A program made the position numbers and the translations under genes. The notes beneath the pieces are model-generated. The model searched no databases. It saw nothing but the letters and a program-made list of their open reading frames with translations, and was not told where the DNA came from. Positions 9,702 to 19,563 of a stretch of DNA of 64,000 nucleotides are shown piece after piece. Origin of the DNA: a plasmid; sequence record NZ_CP020440.2. One strand, given 5' to 3'. Every line of letters begins with the position of its first letter. Position 1 is the first letter of the stretch.

Positions 9702-10604
9702 ATGCGCATTCGTCAGCTGCACTGTTTCGTGGCCCTGGCCGAGGAGCTGAGCTTTACCCGCGCCGCGCAGCGGCTGAACATGTCCCAGCCGCCCCTGAGC
9801 ACGCAGATTCAGACACTTGAGCGCGAGGTCGGGGTGGACCTGCTAAGCCGCACCAGCCGTCGCGTGGCGCTGACGCCGGCGGGGCAGGCGTTTCTGCTGC
9901 GGGCGCGCAACATGCTGGACCAATACGACCGCGCCCTGCAGGAGGTGCGCGAAATTCAGCATGGCCAGGACGGGCTGCTGGAAATCGGTGCAACGGGCTC
10001 GATCCTGCGGGGCGGGCTGGCGGGTCTGCTGGCGCGTTTCGCGGCCCGACACCCCCGAATCACCCTGCGGCTGCACGAACAGTCGCCCTCGGCGCAGATC
10101 GCCGAAGTGCTGAGCCGGCGCACCGATGTCAGCTTCAACCGCTCGATCCCGCGCGAGCCCGAATTGGCCCACGAATACGGCTGGCGCGAGGAAATGGTGG
10201 CGCTGTTGCCCGCATCCCATCCGCTTGCCGGACGGCCCGCGGTGTCCATCGACGACCTGCGCGCCGATCCCCATGTGGTGCTGCGGCCCGAAAGCTCGGA
10301 CTTCGCGGCTTATCTGATGGCCTGCCTGATGGCCCGGGGCCACCGGCCGCGCATCTCGCAGCAGGTGGTGGACGCGCAGTCGATTCCCAGCCTGATCGAG
10401 GCGGGTTTTGGCGTCAGCATCGTTCCGGCGGCCATCGCCACGTTGACGGCGGGACCGCTGGTCTTTCTGCCGATCCGGCCCGATCCGCCGGTCAGCGACG
10501 TCTTCATGGTCTATCGCCGGGACGATCCGGCTCCGGTCCTGCGCAGCTTTCTGGCCGAGATGCGCGCTTTTCTGGACGAAAAGCCGGCCGCCTCTGCCGG
10601 ATAG
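9702..10604 (+). CDS. LysR family transcriptional regulator
   Basis: N-terminal HTH LHCFVALAEELSFTRAAQRLNMSQPPLSTQIQTLE; 300 aa; divergent from dctA. Confidence 0.85.
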   Translation: MRIRQLHCFVALAEELSFTRAAQRLNMSQPPLSTQIQTLEREVGVDLLSRTSRRVALTPAGQAFLLRARNMLDQYDRALQEVREIQHGQDGLLEIGATGSILRGGLAGLLARFAARHPRITLRLHEQSPSAQIAEVLSRRTDVSFNRSIPREPELAHEYGWREEMVALLPASHPLAGRPAVSIDDLRADPHVVLRPESSDFAAYLMACLMARGHRPRISQQVVDAQSIPSLIEAGFGVSIVPAAIATLTAGPLVFLPIRPDPPVSDVFMVYRRDDPAPVLRSFLAEMRAFLDEKPAASAG

Positions 10605-10673
10605 GGGCGGTTTCCTTTTTCGGCGCGGGGTGGTCTGCGCTATGCTGGGGCTGGGACGGACGGAGATGCCCCG

Positions 10674-11795
10674 ATGCAGCGGATCGTCGAAACCTTCCGG
10701 TCGCGTGCCTTTGTCGCCATGATCGGCGAGACCCCGTGGGACCATGCGCTGGCCGTGCTGGCCTCCGGCCTGCCTGGCGCAGGCGTGGCGATGTTCGTCC
10801 AGTTCCGGGGCGGGCCGACCGACGCGGGGCTTTATCTGCACGGGATCGACCGAGCGGTGGCGGACCTGTACCTGCGCGACTATGCCGCCATCAATCCGCT
10901 CTGGCCCAAGGATTACCGCTGCGATGTCGGCCGCGCCCGCGCCGATTTCGAGTCGGTGCCCCGCCCGGTGCTGGAGCGGTCGGCCTATTACCAGGACTTT
11001 GCCCGCCCGCACGGGATCCTGGGCACCTCGGGCATGGTCATCAGCGCTCAGCCGCAAGAGGCGGCGGTCATCACCCTGAACATGGACAGCACCAGCCCCG
11101 ATGTGGCGCTGCTGGCCCGGGCCCGGCTGACGGCGGTCTGGCCGATGCTGGCCGCGATGGCGCGCTATTACCGTGCCCTGGGGTCGCGTCCGCCCGGGGG
11201 CGAGGCGGCCTCGGCCCATCTGGCGGCGCTGGGGCTGGACATGGCGCTGGTCGGGCAGGACGGCCGGCTGCGCCACGCGACGGCGCCCGAGCCCGCGCCG
11301 GGGGCGATGCGGATCGTCGCGGGCCGGCTGGTGCTGGCCGACCCCGAGGCGCAGAACCTGATGCGGCTGATGCTGCGATCCGATTACGCGGGCCCCCAAC
11401 GCCGGGTCGTGCAGACCGGGCAGGAGCTGATGTCGCTGGTGCGCCATGGCGCCGACCCGATGACGCGGCTGTTCGCGGGGCCGACCGTTTCCGTCACGGT
11501 GGACCGCAGCCGCACGGGGCGCAGCCCGGCCGGCTGCGATGCGCTGCTGGCCCGCCACGCCCTGACCCCGGCCGAGCGGCGCGTCGTGAGCGCGATCCTG
11601 GCGGGGCACAGCGTGTCCGATATCGCCCAGGGCGCGGGCCTGTCGCGCGAAACCATCCGCAGCCAGCTGAAAAGCATCTATGCCAAGACCGGCGTGAACA
11701 CACAGGCGGGGCTGGTGCGGCTGCTTGGGTCTTTGTCGGAAATCACCCAACCGGGTGATGACAGGTCCCCGCGGCCCGCAGATGATACGGGGTGA
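10674..11795 (+). CDS. LuxR-family transcriptional regulator with a large uncharacterised N-terminal domain
   Basis: C-terminal LuxR/GerE HTH LTPAERRVVSAILAGHSVSDIAQGAGLSRETIRSQLKSIYAKTGV; N-terminal 300 aa not recognisable. Confidence 0.7.
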   Translation: MQRIVETFRSRAFVAMIGETPWDHALAVLASGLPGAGVAMFVQFRGGPTDAGLYLHGIDRAVADLYLRDYAAINPLWPKDYRCDVGRARADFESVPRPVLERSAYYQDFARPHGILGTSGMVISAQPQEAAVITLNMDSTSPDVALLARARLTAVWPMLAAMARYYRALGSRPPGGEAASAHLAALGLDMALVGQDGRLRHATAPEPAPGAMRIVAGRLVLADPEAQNLMRLMLRSDYAGPQRRVVQTGQELMSLVRHGADPMTRLFAGPTVSVTVDRSRTGRSPAGCDALLARHALTPAERRVVSAILAGHSVSDIAQGAGLSRETIRSQLKSIYAKTGVNTQAGLVRLLGSLSEITQPGDDRSPRPADDTG

Positions 11796-11904
11796 GAGTG
11801 AACGGCCTCTCGCGTGGTTAGTAGCCTTGTTGCAGTGAACGGATAGTCTTCCCCCGGCCGTCTGCGCGCCCTTGGCTTTCCTGGGGCCAAGGCGCAGCGG
11901 ACTT

Positions 11905-11985
11905 GGCGGCGGCGGCCCCAGGGCTGCCGCCCCGGCTGGCTTAAGGGCGATGGCGTTTGGCCGCCGTCGCCTGTTTTCTTTTCCA
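11905..11985 (+). terminator. Structured GC-rich hairpin cluster and T-rich tract downstream of the LuxR-type gene (probable intrinsic terminator or structured 3' region)
   Basis: Inverted repeats GGCGGC..GCCGCC and GGCG-tttg-GCCGCC followed by TGTTTTCTTTTCC. Confidence 0.35.
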
Positions 11986-12130
11986 TCGCGGTAATCCGAC
12001 AGAAACGATTAGGGGTCGGGCCATAAAAGCCGACTACTTCCGTGTGAATATGCCTGCGGAATTCCCAGAAAAAATATCAGGCATCAAAGCCCAAGAAAAT
12101 AAATCAACTATTTGTTTTTATTGAATCTTT

Positions 12131-12159
12131 GTTGACACTGCCGGAATGAGGATTTATCT
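12131..12159 (+). promoter_or_regulatory. Sigma70-like promoter for the small ORF (TTGACA-17 nt-TATCTG) inside an AT-rich island
   Basis: Perfect -35 hexamer TTGACA, 17-nt spacer, -10-like TATCTG; local AT-richness unusual for this genome. Confidence 0.4.
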
Positions 12160-12236
12160 GCGGGTCCGGGTAAGCCAGCCAGCGCCACGCCAGCCAGCCG
12201 CCCATTCGGACAGTCAGCCAGACAGGAGAAAACAGA

Positions 12237-12433
12237 TGACCCATTCCGCATGCAATGCCTGCGCATTCTATGAGGATCACGTCGCGAACTCTGCCAGCAC
12301 GCTGTCGGATTCAGGTCTTTGCCGGGCCAATCCGCCGGTGACGCAGAAGGACCCGGAAAGCCGTGGATACTGGCCGGTGGTCAAGTCCAGCGACTGGTGC
12401 GGGCAATACACCGCCGCCTTCGCGGCCGAGTGA
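12237..12433 (+). CDS. Small (65 aa) cysteine-containing hypothetical protein (CxxC plus two further Cys)
   Basis: GGAG RBS 7 nt before the ATG, own promoter-like element and a clean intrinsic terminator; GC3-rich codons; no recognisable family. Confidence 0.5.
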
Positions 12434-12461
12434 TCGCGGCACTGATGCCGGCACGGATGCA

Positions 12462-12486
12462 GGGCAGCCTTCGGGCTGCCTTTTGC
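12462..12486 (+). terminator. Intrinsic terminator after the small ORF
   Basis: GGCAGCC-ttcg-GGCTGCC followed by TTTTG. Confidence 0.7.
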
Positions 12487-12614
12487 ATTGGGGGCAAACC
12501 GCCCTGACACGGGATAGTCATTGCGCAGGCCGTTGCACATCCCGCAGGACCACCGTCCTATGGGACGAAAGGCGGCGGGCCAGACCTGCCGCGCAATCGA
12601 CAGGAAAGCCGGAC

Positions 12615-13700
12615 ATGAACCGCCGTCATCTTCTTTGCCTTGCCCGGACAGGCAGCATCCTGGCCGCACTCTGGGCGTCGCCCGGCCAGGCCCAGCAGCC
12701 GCCGGCGCAGGGGGCCAGGGCAGTGGGGACGATCGTCCTGCAATCCGAATCGGTGCCGCTGATCAGCACCATCCCGGGGCGCGCGGTGGCGCGCGACGCG
12801 GTCAGCATCCGTCCCCGCGTCGACGGCTTCGTGACGGACATCCTGTACAGACCCGGCCAGCCCATCAAGGCGGGCGCGCCCATGTTCCAGATCGACCGCA
12901 CCACCTATCAGGCCTCGGTCGAACAGGCCCGCGCCAATCTCGCCTCGGCCAGGGCGGCGGTGCCGCAGGCCCAGGCGGCCTATGACCGGACCCGGCGGCT
13001 GCAGGGCTCTGCCGCGACCCAATCCTCGCTCGAAGAGGCGCTGGCGACGCTGGAACAGGCCCAGGCGGCCGAAATGGCGGCCGAGGCCGCCCTGCGCACG
13101 GCCGAGGCGCAGCTGTCCTGGACCACGATCACCAGCCCGCTGGACGGCCTGCCCTCGGTTTCGGCGGTGTCGGTGGGCGATCTGGTCACGGCCGGGCAAG
13201 GCGATGCGCTGGCCACCGTCACCCAGCTTGATCCCATCGACGTGGACATGTTCGAGCCATCGGCCCGGTTGCAGCGCATCCGCGACCGCATCGAGGCCGG
13301 CACGATCCAGCGCGCGGATTCGATCAACGCGCAACTGACGCTGGAAAACGGCCGGACCTATGCCGCGAAGGGAGAATTGGTGGCGCCGGGGTTCGAGGTC
13401 TCGACCTCGACCGGGGCCATCGACTTCCGCTTTCGCTTCGAGAACCCCGAACGCCGCATCCTGCCCGGCATGTTCGTGCGCGGCAGCATCGAAATCGGCC
13501 GCATCCAGGCGATCCTGGTGCCGCAGATGGCGGCAACCCGCGGCCGCGACGGCACGCTGAGCGCCTGGGTGGCCGAGGACGGCAAGGCCGTGCGCCGCAC
13601 CCTGACCGAGGAGGGCGTGCATGAAAACGCCTGGATCGTGACCGGCGGGCTGAACCCGGGCGAACGGCTGATCGTGAACGGCACCACGGGTCTGGCCTAG
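12615..13700 (+). CDS. RND efflux periplasmic adaptor (membrane fusion protein), ending at an in-frame TAG; coding-like sequence continues in frame to 13818
   Basis: Lipoprotein-like signal, coiled-coil hairpin and lipoyl/beta-barrel MFP motifs; start M85 of the 12363 ORF; TAG at 13698-13700 followed by 39 GC3-rich in-frame codons that end 2 nt before the RND ATG. Confidence 0.8.
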   Translation: MNRRHLLCLARTGSILAALWASPGQAQQPPAQGARAVGTIVLQSESVPLISTIPGRAVARDAVSIRPRVDGFVTDILYRPGQPIKAGAPMFQIDRTTYQASVEQARANLASARAAVPQAQAAYDRTRRLQGSAATQSSLEEALATLEQAQAAEMAAEAALRTAEAQLSWTTITSPLDGLPSVSAVSVGDLVTAGQGDALATVTQLDPIDVDMFEPSARLQRIRDRIEAGTIQRADSINAQLTLENGRTYAAKGELVAPGFEVSTSTGAIDFRFRFENPERRILPGMFVRGSIEIGRIQAILVPQMAATRGRDGTLSAWVAEDGKAVRRTLTEEGVHENAWIVTGGLNPGERLIVNGTTGLA

Positions 13701-13820
13701 GGCGCGGAAATCGCCCCGACCGCGGTCGAAATCGACGAAAACGGCGTCGTGCGCGATCTGCCGCCGGACGGAACCGATCCCGCCCCCGCCACGCCCGCCG
13801 ACGCAGGGACGAACTAGGCG

Positions 13821-16800
13821 ATGGCGCGTTTCTTCATTCACCGGCCCGTCTTTGCCTGGGTCTTGGCGATCATCACCATGCTGGCGGGGGTGTTCGGCCT
13901 GTCCAGCCTGCCCATCGCGCAATATCCCGACATCGCGCCGACCACGGTGCGCATCAGCGCGACCTATACCGGCGCGTCGCCCGACATCGTGGAAAACTCG
14001 GTCACGACGGTGATCGAGGACGGGATGACCGGCATCGACGGTCTGATCTACATGACCTCGACGTCGTCGCAGGGCTCGGCCTCCATCCAGCTGACCTTCG
14101 ACGGCAGCGTGGACCCCGACATCGCCCAGGTGCAGGTCCAGAACAAGCTGCAGCTGGTGACTCCGCAACTGCCCGACGCCGTGCAAAGCCAGGGCGTGTC
14201 GGTCAGCCGCTCGACCTCGTCGATCCTGCTGGTGGGGGCGCTGACCTCGACCGACGGCAGCCATACCTCGCTGGAACTGGGCGACCTGGTCAGCCAGATG
14301 ATCGAGGATCCGGTCAAGCGCACCGCCGGGGTCGGTTCGATCAACGCCTTTGGCTCGGGCTACGCGATGCGCATCTGGCTCGATCCCGACCGGATGCTGC
14401 AATATCAGGTGACGCCCGCGGATGTCGTCGCGGCCGTCAGCGAACAGAACACCAACGTCACCGTGGGCAGCCTGGGCGACCAACCCACGGTCAAGGGCCA
14501 GCAGCTGAACGTGGCCCTGTCGGCGCAGTCGCAACTGACCTCGGTGCGCGAATTCGAAAGCATCCTGCTGCGCACCGACAGCGACGGCGCGACCATCTTC
14601 CTGGGCGACGTGGCCGACATCGAGATCGGGCAGGAGGACTACGGCAGCGCCTCGCGCTTCAACGGGATGCCGGCGGCGGGCTTCGGCGTGAACCTGGCGA
14701 CGGGGGCGAATGCGGTCGACACCGCGGCGGCCGTGCGCCAGGTGCTGGACGGGCTGCAAGCCTCGCTGCCCGCCGGGGTGCAGATCGTCTATCCCTACGA
14801 CACCTCGCCCTTTGTCGAGGAATCGATCAACCAGGTCTATCACACGCTGGCCGAGGCGGTGGTGCTGGTCTTCGTCGTCATCCTGATCTTCCTGCAAAGC
14901 TGGCGCGCGACGCTGATCCCGACGCTGGCGATCCCGGTGGTGCTGCTGGGGACCTTTGCCGTGCTGGCCTTCGCGGGCATGTCGATCAACACGCTGACCA
15001 TGTTCGCCATGGTGCTGGCGATCGGCCTGCTGGTCGACGACGCCATCGTGGTGGTCGAGAACGTCGAGCGGGTGATGGAGGAAGAGGGTCTTGGCCCCGT
15101 CGAGGCGACCGAGAAGAGCATGGACGAGATCTCGTCCGCGCTGGTCGGCATCGTGCTGGTCCTGTCGGCGGTGTTCCTGCCGATGGCCTTCATGTCGGGC
15201 TCGACCGGGGTGATCTATCGCCAGTTCTCGATCACCATCATCAGCGCCATGGTGCTGTCCCTGGCGGTCGCGCTGATCCTGACGCCGGCGATGTGCGCTA
15301 CCTTGCTGAAGCCGAAGAAGCACGGCGGGGGCATCGCGCCGGCGCGCTGGTTCAACCGCACGCTCGACCGTGCGACCAACGGCTATGCCGGCACGGTCGG
15401 CGCCTTCGTCAAGCGGCCGTTCCGCTTTCTGGTCGTGCTGCTGGCCTTTGGCCTGGGCGCCTGGATGCTGTACCAGAAACTGCCCGGATCGTTCCTGCCG
15501 TCCGAGGACCAGGGCGTGCTGATGGTCATGGTTGAAACCCCCGAGGGCTCGACCGCCGAACGCACCCGGGCGCTGGTTGAGGAAGTCGAGCAGTTCGTCC
15601 TTCAGGATGAAAAGGATACCGCCGACAGCGTGTTCGCCGCGCTTGGCTTCGGCTTCGGAGGCTCGGGCCAGCGCAATGCGATGGTGTTCATCAAGCTCAA
15701 GGACTTTGCCGAACGCAAAGGGTTCGACGCCGCCTCGATGGCGACGCGGGGCAACATGAAGTTCATGTCGAACAAGAACGGCCGCGTGTTCTTCATGCAG
15801 CCGCCGGCAATCCAGGGCATGGGCAACTCCGCAGGCTTCACCATGCAGCTGATCGACCAGGCCGGCACCGGGCAGGAACGGCTGGCGGCCGCCGCCGACG
15901 AACTGGTCGCCAAGGCCAATGCCGACGGCCGCGTGACCAGCCTGCAGGGCAACGACGCGCCGTTCCAGACCTCGCGGCGCATCACCATCGACCAGCAGAA
16001 GGCCGCGGCCTATGGGCTGTCGATCTCGGACCTGAACCAGACGCTGTCGATCATCTTCGCCAGCGCCAACGTCAACGACTTTTCGCTGTCGGGCGAACTG
16101 CGGCCGGTGATCGTGCAGGGGCAGGCCCAGGCCCGGATGCAGCCCGACGACATCGAGAAGTGGTATGTCAGAAACAGCGATGGCGACATGGTGCCCTTCA
16201 CCGCCTTCACTGCGCAAAGCTGGGACCAGCAGGCGCAAAGCCTGGCGCGCTATGGCGGCACCCGCGCCATGCAGATTTCGGGCGAGGCGGCGCAAGGCGT
16301 CTCCTCCGGTACGGCGATGGACGTGATGGAGGAGCTGGTCGGCCAGCTCGACGGCGGCTACGGCACGGCCTGGACAGGGCTATCCTATCAGGAGCGGCTG
16401 TCGGGGAACCAGGCGCCCATGCTGTTCGCCCTGTCCGCGCTGGTCGTGTTCCTGGCCCTGGCCGCGCTTTACGAAAGCTGGTCGGTGCCGATCTCGGTGA
16501 TGATGACCGTGCCCATCGGCATCGTCGGCGCGATGGCGGCCGCGCTGGTCTTCGGGCAGTCGAACGACGTCTATTTCAAGGTCGGGATGCTGACCACCAT
16601 CGGCCTTGCCGCCCGCAATGCCATCCTGATCGTCGAGTTCGCCGAGATGCTGCGAAAGCAGGGCAAGCCTTTGCTGGAGGCGGCGGTCGAGGCCTCGCGC
16701 ATGCGGCTGCGGCCGATCCTGATGACGACGCTGGCCTTCATGCTGGGCGTCATGCCGCTTGCCCTGGCCAGCGGCGCGGGGGCAGCCGCGCAGAAATCCA

Positions 16801-16916
16801 TCGGCATCGGGGTTCTGGGCGGCATCGCGACATCGGCTGTCATCGGCATCTTCCTGGTCGCCGTGTTCTATGTCGTGGTCCTGCGCGGCGTCAGTTTGAT
16901 TCGGCGTAGGGGTTGA
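13821..16916 (+). CDS. RND multidrug efflux transporter permease (AcrB/MexB family)
   Basis: 1031 aa, 12-TM topology with two large periplasmic loops, canonical N-terminus MARFFIHRPVFAWVLAI. Confidence 0.9.
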   Translation: MARFFIHRPVFAWVLAIITMLAGVFGLSSLPIAQYPDIAPTTVRISATYTGASPDIVENSVTTVIEDGMTGIDGLIYMTSTSSQGSASIQLTFDGSVDPDIAQVQVQNKLQLVTPQLPDAVQSQGVSVSRSTSSILLVGALTSTDGSHTSLELGDLVSQMIEDPVKRTAGVGSINAFGSGYAMRIWLDPDRMLQYQVTPADVVAAVSEQNTNVTVGSLGDQPTVKGQQLNVALSAQSQLTSVREFESILLRTDSDGATIFLGDVADIEIGQEDYGSASRFNGMPAAGFGVNLATGANAVDTAAAVRQVLDGLQASLPAGVQIVYPYDTSPFVEESINQVYHTLAEAVVLVFVVILIFLQSWRATLIPTLAIPVVLLGTFAVLAFAGMSINTLTMFAMVLAIGLLVDDAIVVVENVERVMEEEGLGPVEATEKSMDEISSALVGIVLVLSAVFLPMAFMSGSTGVIYRQFSITIISAMVLSLAVALILTPAMCATLLKPKKHGGGIAPARWFNRTLDRATNGYAGTVGAFVKRPFRFLVVLLAFGLGAWMLYQKLPGSFLPSEDQGVLMVMVETPEGSTAERTRALVEEVEQFVLQDEKDTADSVFAALGFGFGGSGQRNAMVFIKLKDFAERKGFDAASMATRGNMKFMSNKNGRVFFMQPPAIQGMGNSAGFTMQLIDQAGTGQERLAAAADELVAKANADGRVTSLQGNDAPFQTSRRITIDQQKAAAYGLSISDLNQTLSIIFASANVNDFSLSGELRPVIVQGQAQARMQPDDIEKWYVRNSDGDMVPFTAFTAQSWDQQAQSLARYGGTRAMQISGEAAQGVSSGTAMDVMEELVGQLDGGYGTAWTGLSYQERLSGNQAPMLFALSALVVFLALAALYESWSVPISVMMTVPIGIVGAMAAALVFGQSNDVYFKVGMLTTIGLAARNAILIVEFAEMLRKQGKPLLEAAVEASRMRLRPILMTTLAFMLGVMPLALASGAGAAAQKSIGIGVLGGIATSAVIGIFLVAVFYVVVLRGVSLIRRRG

Positions 16917-16955
16917 TGTCAGGCGCTTGCATGAAGAAGCTGGAAACGGACTGAT

Positions 16956-19559
16956 CTATTCGGCGGCCCTTGCGACCGCCTGGGCCTCCAGGATGGCGCG
17001 AATCTCGGGCCGGCACGAACCGCAGTTCGTGCCCGCGCCAAGCGCCTTGCCCACCGCCTCGACCGAGGTCAGGGCCTGGCTGGCGATGGCCCGGACGATG
17101 CTGTTCACCCCGACCGAGAAGCAGGCGCAGATCAGCGCCCCGTCATCCGGCCGTCCGGCCGCGGCCTGACCCGCCAGCAGGTCCGGCCCGCAGTCCGCGC
17201 CAAGCGCGGCGGCCACATGGCTGCGCGACAGCGCGACGGGTTCGGGCGCGACGAACAGGGCCGCCTGCAGCCGCCCGTCCCGGACAAAGGCCAGCCGCAC
17301 CAGGCTGCGGCGGCGATCCTGCATCACCAGCGGATCGCCCGGCAGGCCGAACAGGGCGCGCGCCTCCTGTATCCAGTCCTCGGGCAGGGCGCCGCCGGCC
17401 AGTTCCACCTGCTGGCCCTTGGGCAAGGTGGCCCGCGCCCAGTAATCCGCGCGCGGCGTGATCGGCCCGGCCGCGACCGCGAAGCCGTACCAGGCCGCCG
17501 CAAAGGGCCGGATCGCAACCTGCGCCGATTTCAGCGCAGGCTGGCCCGAGACGGGGTCGGTCAGCGCCGGCACCAGGGCGTCGACGCGCCCGGTCGGCGC
17601 GGTTTCGGCGGTCCAGTGCATCGGGGCAAAGGGCTGGCCGGGCGCCACGCGGTCGGTGACCAGGACGCGCAGGACGGCACGGCCCAAGGGGCTTTCCACC
17701 TGCGCCAGCGTGGCGGGCCGCAGGCCCAGCCGGCCCGCATCCTGCGGGTGCAGTTCCAGGAAGGGCTCGGCCATGTGCCTCGACAGCCGGGGTGACAGGC
17801 CGGTGCGGGTCATTGTGTGCCAATGGTCCCGCACCCGCCCGGTGTTCAGCCGGAAGGGATGATCGGGATCGGGGGCCATCGGGATGCGTGGGGCCACCGC
17901 CACCATCCGCGCCTTGCCCGACGGGGTATGAAAGCGGCCATCGCCAAAGAACCGCCCGCCCGTCTTGCGCGGCGATTGCGGCCACAGGAACGGCTGCATC
18001 GCGTCGTAATCGGCCGTCTTGATGTTGGCATGGTCCGAGATGTCGAAGTCGCTGCCCAGCCGACCGGCGACGCCCGACAGGGCGGCGTGCTCGGCAAAGA
18101 CCTGGGCCGGGTTTTCCCAGGCAAAGGCCTTGCCCCAGCCCATGCGGGCGGCAACATCCGCGATGATGCGCCAGTCGTCGCGCGCCTGGCCCGCCGGCGG
18201 CAGACTGCGGCGCTGGCGCGAGATGCGGCGTTCCGAGTTTGTCACCGTGCCGTCCTTTTCGCCCCAGCCGGTGGCGGGCAGCAGCACATGTGCAAGCCGC
18301 GTCGTGTCGGTCCGCGCCACCATGTCCGAGACCACCACGAAGTCGCAGCCGGCGATGGCGCGGGCGACCCGGTCGGCCTCGGGCATCGAGACGGCGGGAT
18401 TGGTGCAGACGATCCACAGCGCCTTGATGCGCCCCTCCTCGACCGCGCGGAACATGTCCACGGCCTTCAGCCCGGGCTTTTCCGCGATGGTGGGCGAGGC
18501 CCAGAAGGACTGGACGGCGGCGCGATGGGCGGGGTTCTCGATCTCGAGGTGGCAGGCCAGCATGTTGGCAAGTCCGCCCACCTCGCGCCCGCCCATGGCG
18601 TTGGGCTGGCCGGTGATGCTGAAGGGACCCGTGCCGGGTTGGCCGATGCGCCCCGTCGCAAGGTGGCAGTTCAGGATGGCATTGACCTTGTCGGTCCCGT
18701 CGTCGGACTGGTTCACGCCCTGAGAATAGACCGTCACAACCCTGTCGCTGCCCCGCCAGATCGACAGAAACTGCGCCAGGTCGGCGGGGTCCAGGCCGGT
18801 GGTTTCCACAGCCGCCAGGCGGGCCTGCGCCAGGGCCTCTTCCACATCCTCGACATTTTCAAGGAAGTCCATGCAATCCACTGAATTGGAAAGAAGCCAG
18901 TTGAACAGATTGGTGTCTGTCCCAGGCCTCAGTGCCAGATGCAGATCGGCGATGTCGCAACTGGCCGTGCGGCGGGGATCGACGACCACGACCTGCGTGC
19001 CCCGCGCCTCGCGCGCGGCGGCAAGGCGCTGGTACAGCACCGGATGGCACCACGCCAGGTTCGACCCGACCAGCACCACCACATCCGCCTGCTCAAGGTC
19101 CTCGTACAGTCCCGGCACGGTGTCAGAGCCGAATGCCCGGCGGTGCCCCGCGACCGACGAGGCCATGCACAGCCGCGAATTCGTGTCGATGTTGGCGCTG
19201 CCGACAAAGCCCTTCATCAACTTGTTGGCGACATAGTAATCCTCGGTCAACAACTGGCCCGAGACATACATGGCGACCGCATCCGGCCCATGCGCGGCGA
19301 TGGTCCGGGACAGGCGCCCCGCGACCATGTCCAGCGCCTCGTCCCAGCCTGCCTCGCGCCCGTTGATGCGGGGGGCGAGCAGCCGGCCCCCCATCCCCAG
19401 GGTTTCACCCAGCGCCGCGCCCTTGACGCAGAGCCTGCCGAAATTCGCCGGATGATCGGGGTCGCCCGCGATGGCGAGCCCGCCCCGACCGTCGGGCGTG
19501 GCCAGCACCCCGCAGCCGGTGCCGCAATAGGGACAGGTGGTGCGGATGGGCTGGTGCAT
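16956..19559 (-). CDS. nasC: Assimilatory nitrate reductase catalytic subunit (molybdopterin, N-terminal 4Fe-4S, C-terminal BFD-like 2Fe-2S domain)
   Basis: CPYCGTGCG Fe-S motif, molybdopterin oxidoreductase core, C-terminal CxC..CGSC BFD-like domain; start M34 of the 16956..19658 ORF. Confidence 0.9.
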   Translation of the reverse strand: MHQPIRTTCPYCGTGCGVLATPDGRGGLAIAGDPDHPANFGRLCVKGAALGETLGMGGRLLAPRINGREAGWDEALDMVAGRLSRTIAAHGPDAVAMYVSGQLLTEDYYVANKLMKGFVGSANIDTNSRLCMASSVAGHRRAFGSDTVPGLYEDLEQADVVVLVGSNLAWCHPVLYQRLAAAREARGTQVVVVDPRRTASCDIADLHLALRPGTDTNLFNWLLSNSVDCMDFLENVEDVEEALAQARLAAVETTGLDPADLAQFLSIWRGSDRVVTVYSQGVNQSDDGTDKVNAILNCHLATGRIGQPGTGPFSITGQPNAMGGREVGGLANMLACHLEIENPAHRAAVQSFWASPTIAEKPGLKAVDMFRAVEEGRIKALWIVCTNPAVSMPEADRVARAIAGCDFVVVSDMVARTDTTRLAHVLLPATGWGEKDGTVTNSERRISRQRRSLPPAGQARDDWRIIADVAARMGWGKAFAWENPAQVFAEHAALSGVAGRLGSDFDISDHANIKTADYDAMQPFLWPQSPRKTGGRFFGDGRFHTPSGKARMVAVAPRIPMAPDPDHPFRLNTGRVRDHWHTMTRTGLSPRLSRHMAEPFLELHPQDAGRLGLRPATLAQVESPLGRAVLRVLVTDRVAPGQPFAPMHWTAETAPTGRVDALVPALTDPVSGQPALKSAQVAIRPFAAAWYGFAVAAGPITPRADYWARATLPKGQQVELAGGALPEDWIQEARALFGLPGDPLVMQDRRRSLVRLAFVRDGRLQAALFVAPEPVALSRSHVAAALGADCGPDLLAGQAAAGRPDDGALICACFSVGVNSIVRAIASQALTSVEAVGKALGAGTNCGSCRPEIRAILEAQAVARAAE

Positions 19560-19563
19560 CGCG

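Noticed and set aside
9843-11750. 635-aa ORF on the minus strand
   Set aside because: Antisense to the LysR and LuxR-type genes, which have clear HTH motifs on the plus strand
12558-16295. 1245-aa ORF on the minus strand
   Set aside because: Antisense shadow of the MFP and RND genes; Arg/Gly/Ala-rich low-complexity translation typical of high-GC antisense frames; no domain content
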